A stretch of 64,000 bases of DNA. Origin: Actinomycetota bacterium (lineage in GTDB: Bacteria > Actinomycetota > UBA4738 > HRBIN12). This document shows, piece by piece, positions 62,864-64,000 of the stretch. Below the pieces are notes generated by a model that did no database searches, was not told the origin of the DNA, and saw only the letters and a list, made by a program, of their open reading frames with translations. Numbering within the stretch: position 1 is the first letter of the stretch; every line of letters starts with the position of its first letter. The translations under genes were made by a program, and so were the position numbers. The stretch lies in NCBI GenBank assembly GCA_040882605.1, contig JBBEAY010000062.1:4661-68660 (forward strand), given 5' to 3'.

Positions 62864-64000
62864 TCAGATGAACTCGAAGTAGCGGCGGCGTTCCCACTCT
62901 GTGACGACGTCGGCGGCGAGGAAGCGTTCCCATTCCCAACGGCCCGCCTCTGAGTAGTGGGAGGCGACCTCGGCGCCGAAGGTCTCGGTGACCCAGGCGC
63001 TCTCGCGGAACGCGCTGACCGCCTCACCGAGGTGGGCGGGCAGAGGCGGTACTTCGCGCTGCCAGTCCTCGCCGACGAGCGGCTCGCCGGGGTCGGTGCC
63101 GGCCGATATCCCGTCGCGGGCCGATGCAAGCAGCGCGGCGATCGCGAGGTAGGGGTTCACGTCGGCGCCGGGAACGCGCCATTCGAGCCTGGTCGACTCG
63201 GCGGCCTCGACGAGCACGCGGCACGAGACCATGCGGCTGTCATAGCCCCAGCTCAGTCCGTTGCCCGAGAACTCGCCGCCGGCGATGCGCCGGTACGAGT
63301 TGACCGTCGGCGCGTAGAAGGCCATCAGATCGTTCGCGTGTGTGAGCACACCTCCGACCGCGGCTCGCAAGGGGGCGGCGAGCGTGTCTCCGCTCGCACC
63401 CTCGCCGTGGACGCTTGAGCCCTCAGCGTCGTCGCTCGCACCCTCACCATCGCCACTCGGGCCCTGGCCGAAGACGTTCGCACCCTCGCGGTCGAGGAGC
63501 GAGAGATGCAGGTGGCACGAGGAACCGGTCGTGTCGGGGAACGGCTTGGCCATGAACGTCGCGGCCATGCCGTTCGCGGCGGCGAGGTCGCGCATGGCGA
63601 GTTTGAACAGCATGTGGCGGTCGGCCATCTCGAGCGCGCTCCGGTACTCCAGGTTGATCTCCCACTGGCCGAGGCCCCATTCCACCTGGCTCGTGTACGG
63701 ACCGAGGTTCGAGCGGGTGAGTGCCTCGCGCACTTGTGAAAAGAACGCCTCGTGCTGATCTCCTGCCTGCACCGTGTAGTCGGCGCGAGCGAGCGTGGTC
63801 GGCACAAGCGTTTCGTAGCCGTTCGTGCGCGCCCCGTCGTACGTGCCCCGGTAGAGCGAGAACTCGAGCTCGCTCGCCACCTGCGGTGTGAAGCCGTCGG
63901 CTTCGAACCGCTCGATCTGCCGGCGAAGGACCGTGCGAGGGGCGACTTCCACGAGATCGTCGCGCCCCATCTCGACGAACTCGGCCATGCAGATCGCGGT
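62864..64000 (-). CDS. Glutamine-synthetase-family protein (gamma-glutamyl-amine-synthetase/GlnA3-like), 5' end outside window
   Basis: GS catalytic-domain motifs (ELEFSLY, GSSCHLHLSL, PTVNSYRR, ...NPYLA...). The frame stays open to the window edge. Confidence 0.8.
   Translation of the reverse strand, partial: TAICMAEFVEMGRDDLVEVAPRTVLRRQIERFEADGFTPQVASELEFSLYRGTYDGARTNGYETLVPTTLARADYTVQAGDQHEAFFSQVREALTRSNLGPYTSQVEWGLGQWEINLEYRSALEMADRHMLFKLAMRDLAAANGMAATFMAKPFPDTTGSSCHLHLSLLDREGANVFGQGPSGDGEGASDDAEGSSVHGEGASGDTLAAPLRAAVGGVLTHANDLMAFYAPTVNSYRRIAGGEFSGNGLSWGYDSRMVSCRVLVEAAESTRLEWRVPGADVNPYLAIAALLASARDGISAGTDPGEPLVGEDWQREVPPLPAHLGEAVSAFRESAWVTETFGAEVASHYSEAGRWEWERFLAADVVTEWERRRYFEFI
63391..63474. 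repeat. Imperfect 2 x 42-bp in-frame tandem duplication inside the GS-like gene
   Basis: CGCTCGCACCCTCGCC at 63391-63406 recurs as CGCTCGCACCCTCACC at 63433-63448. It encodes the low-complexity insert GPSGDGEGASDDAEGSSVHGEGASGD. Confidence 0.6.

Overview
This 64-kb window is a high-GC chromosomal segment, about 68-70% by eye, with GC3 around 85% in the genes I hand-checked. Gene content looks like Actinomycetota, possibly Acidimicrobiia-like, but that is a guess. I support about 57 intact CDSs, 3 decayed gene remnants, one partial CDS at each window edge, and no tRNA, rRNA, CRISPR array, transposase or integrase. The backbone follows a conserved actinobacterial housekeeping order: pabB, mnmA, ligA, folD, gatC-gatA, then gatB, serA, ilvE and pepN.

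Several accessory modules interrupt this backbone:
- **Cluster between gatA and gatB (21.0-33.8 kb).** A 12.8-kb, 11-gene, two-operon cluster sits here. It encodes ALDH, IclR, SDR and EamA on one strand. On the other strand it encodes a DUF6282-like hydrolase, two class-III aminotransferases, an XDH-type Mo-hydroxylase (M, S and L subunits) and a P450.
- **Methyl-group locus (41.6-48.3 kb).** It holds a CrtI/amine-oxidase-type flavoprotein, two DmdA/GcvT-like folate enzymes and two tandem SAM methyltransferases.
- **Aromatic-amine module (53.4-59.3 kb).** It holds hpaE-like and hpaD-like genes, an APC permease, a group-II PLP decarboxylase and MarR.
- **Other units.** These are a meaB plus icmA-like mutase pair, a metal ABC importer near a Fur-family regulator, an orphan Rieske-ferredoxin/reductase pair, a P450 plus LLM oxidoreductase pair, and a DUF222-HNH gene.

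Two sequence-level patterns recur. About a dozen gene junctions have 4-nt ATGA or GTGA overlaps, which suggests translational coupling. At least 10 genes have a TANNNT hexamer 7-8 nt upstream of the start codon and no Shine-Dalgarno sequence, which suggests leaderless transcripts.

All functional calls come from reading the translated ORFs and recognising motifs from memory. No searches were run. Start codons are often ambiguous, and substrate assignments are hypotheses.
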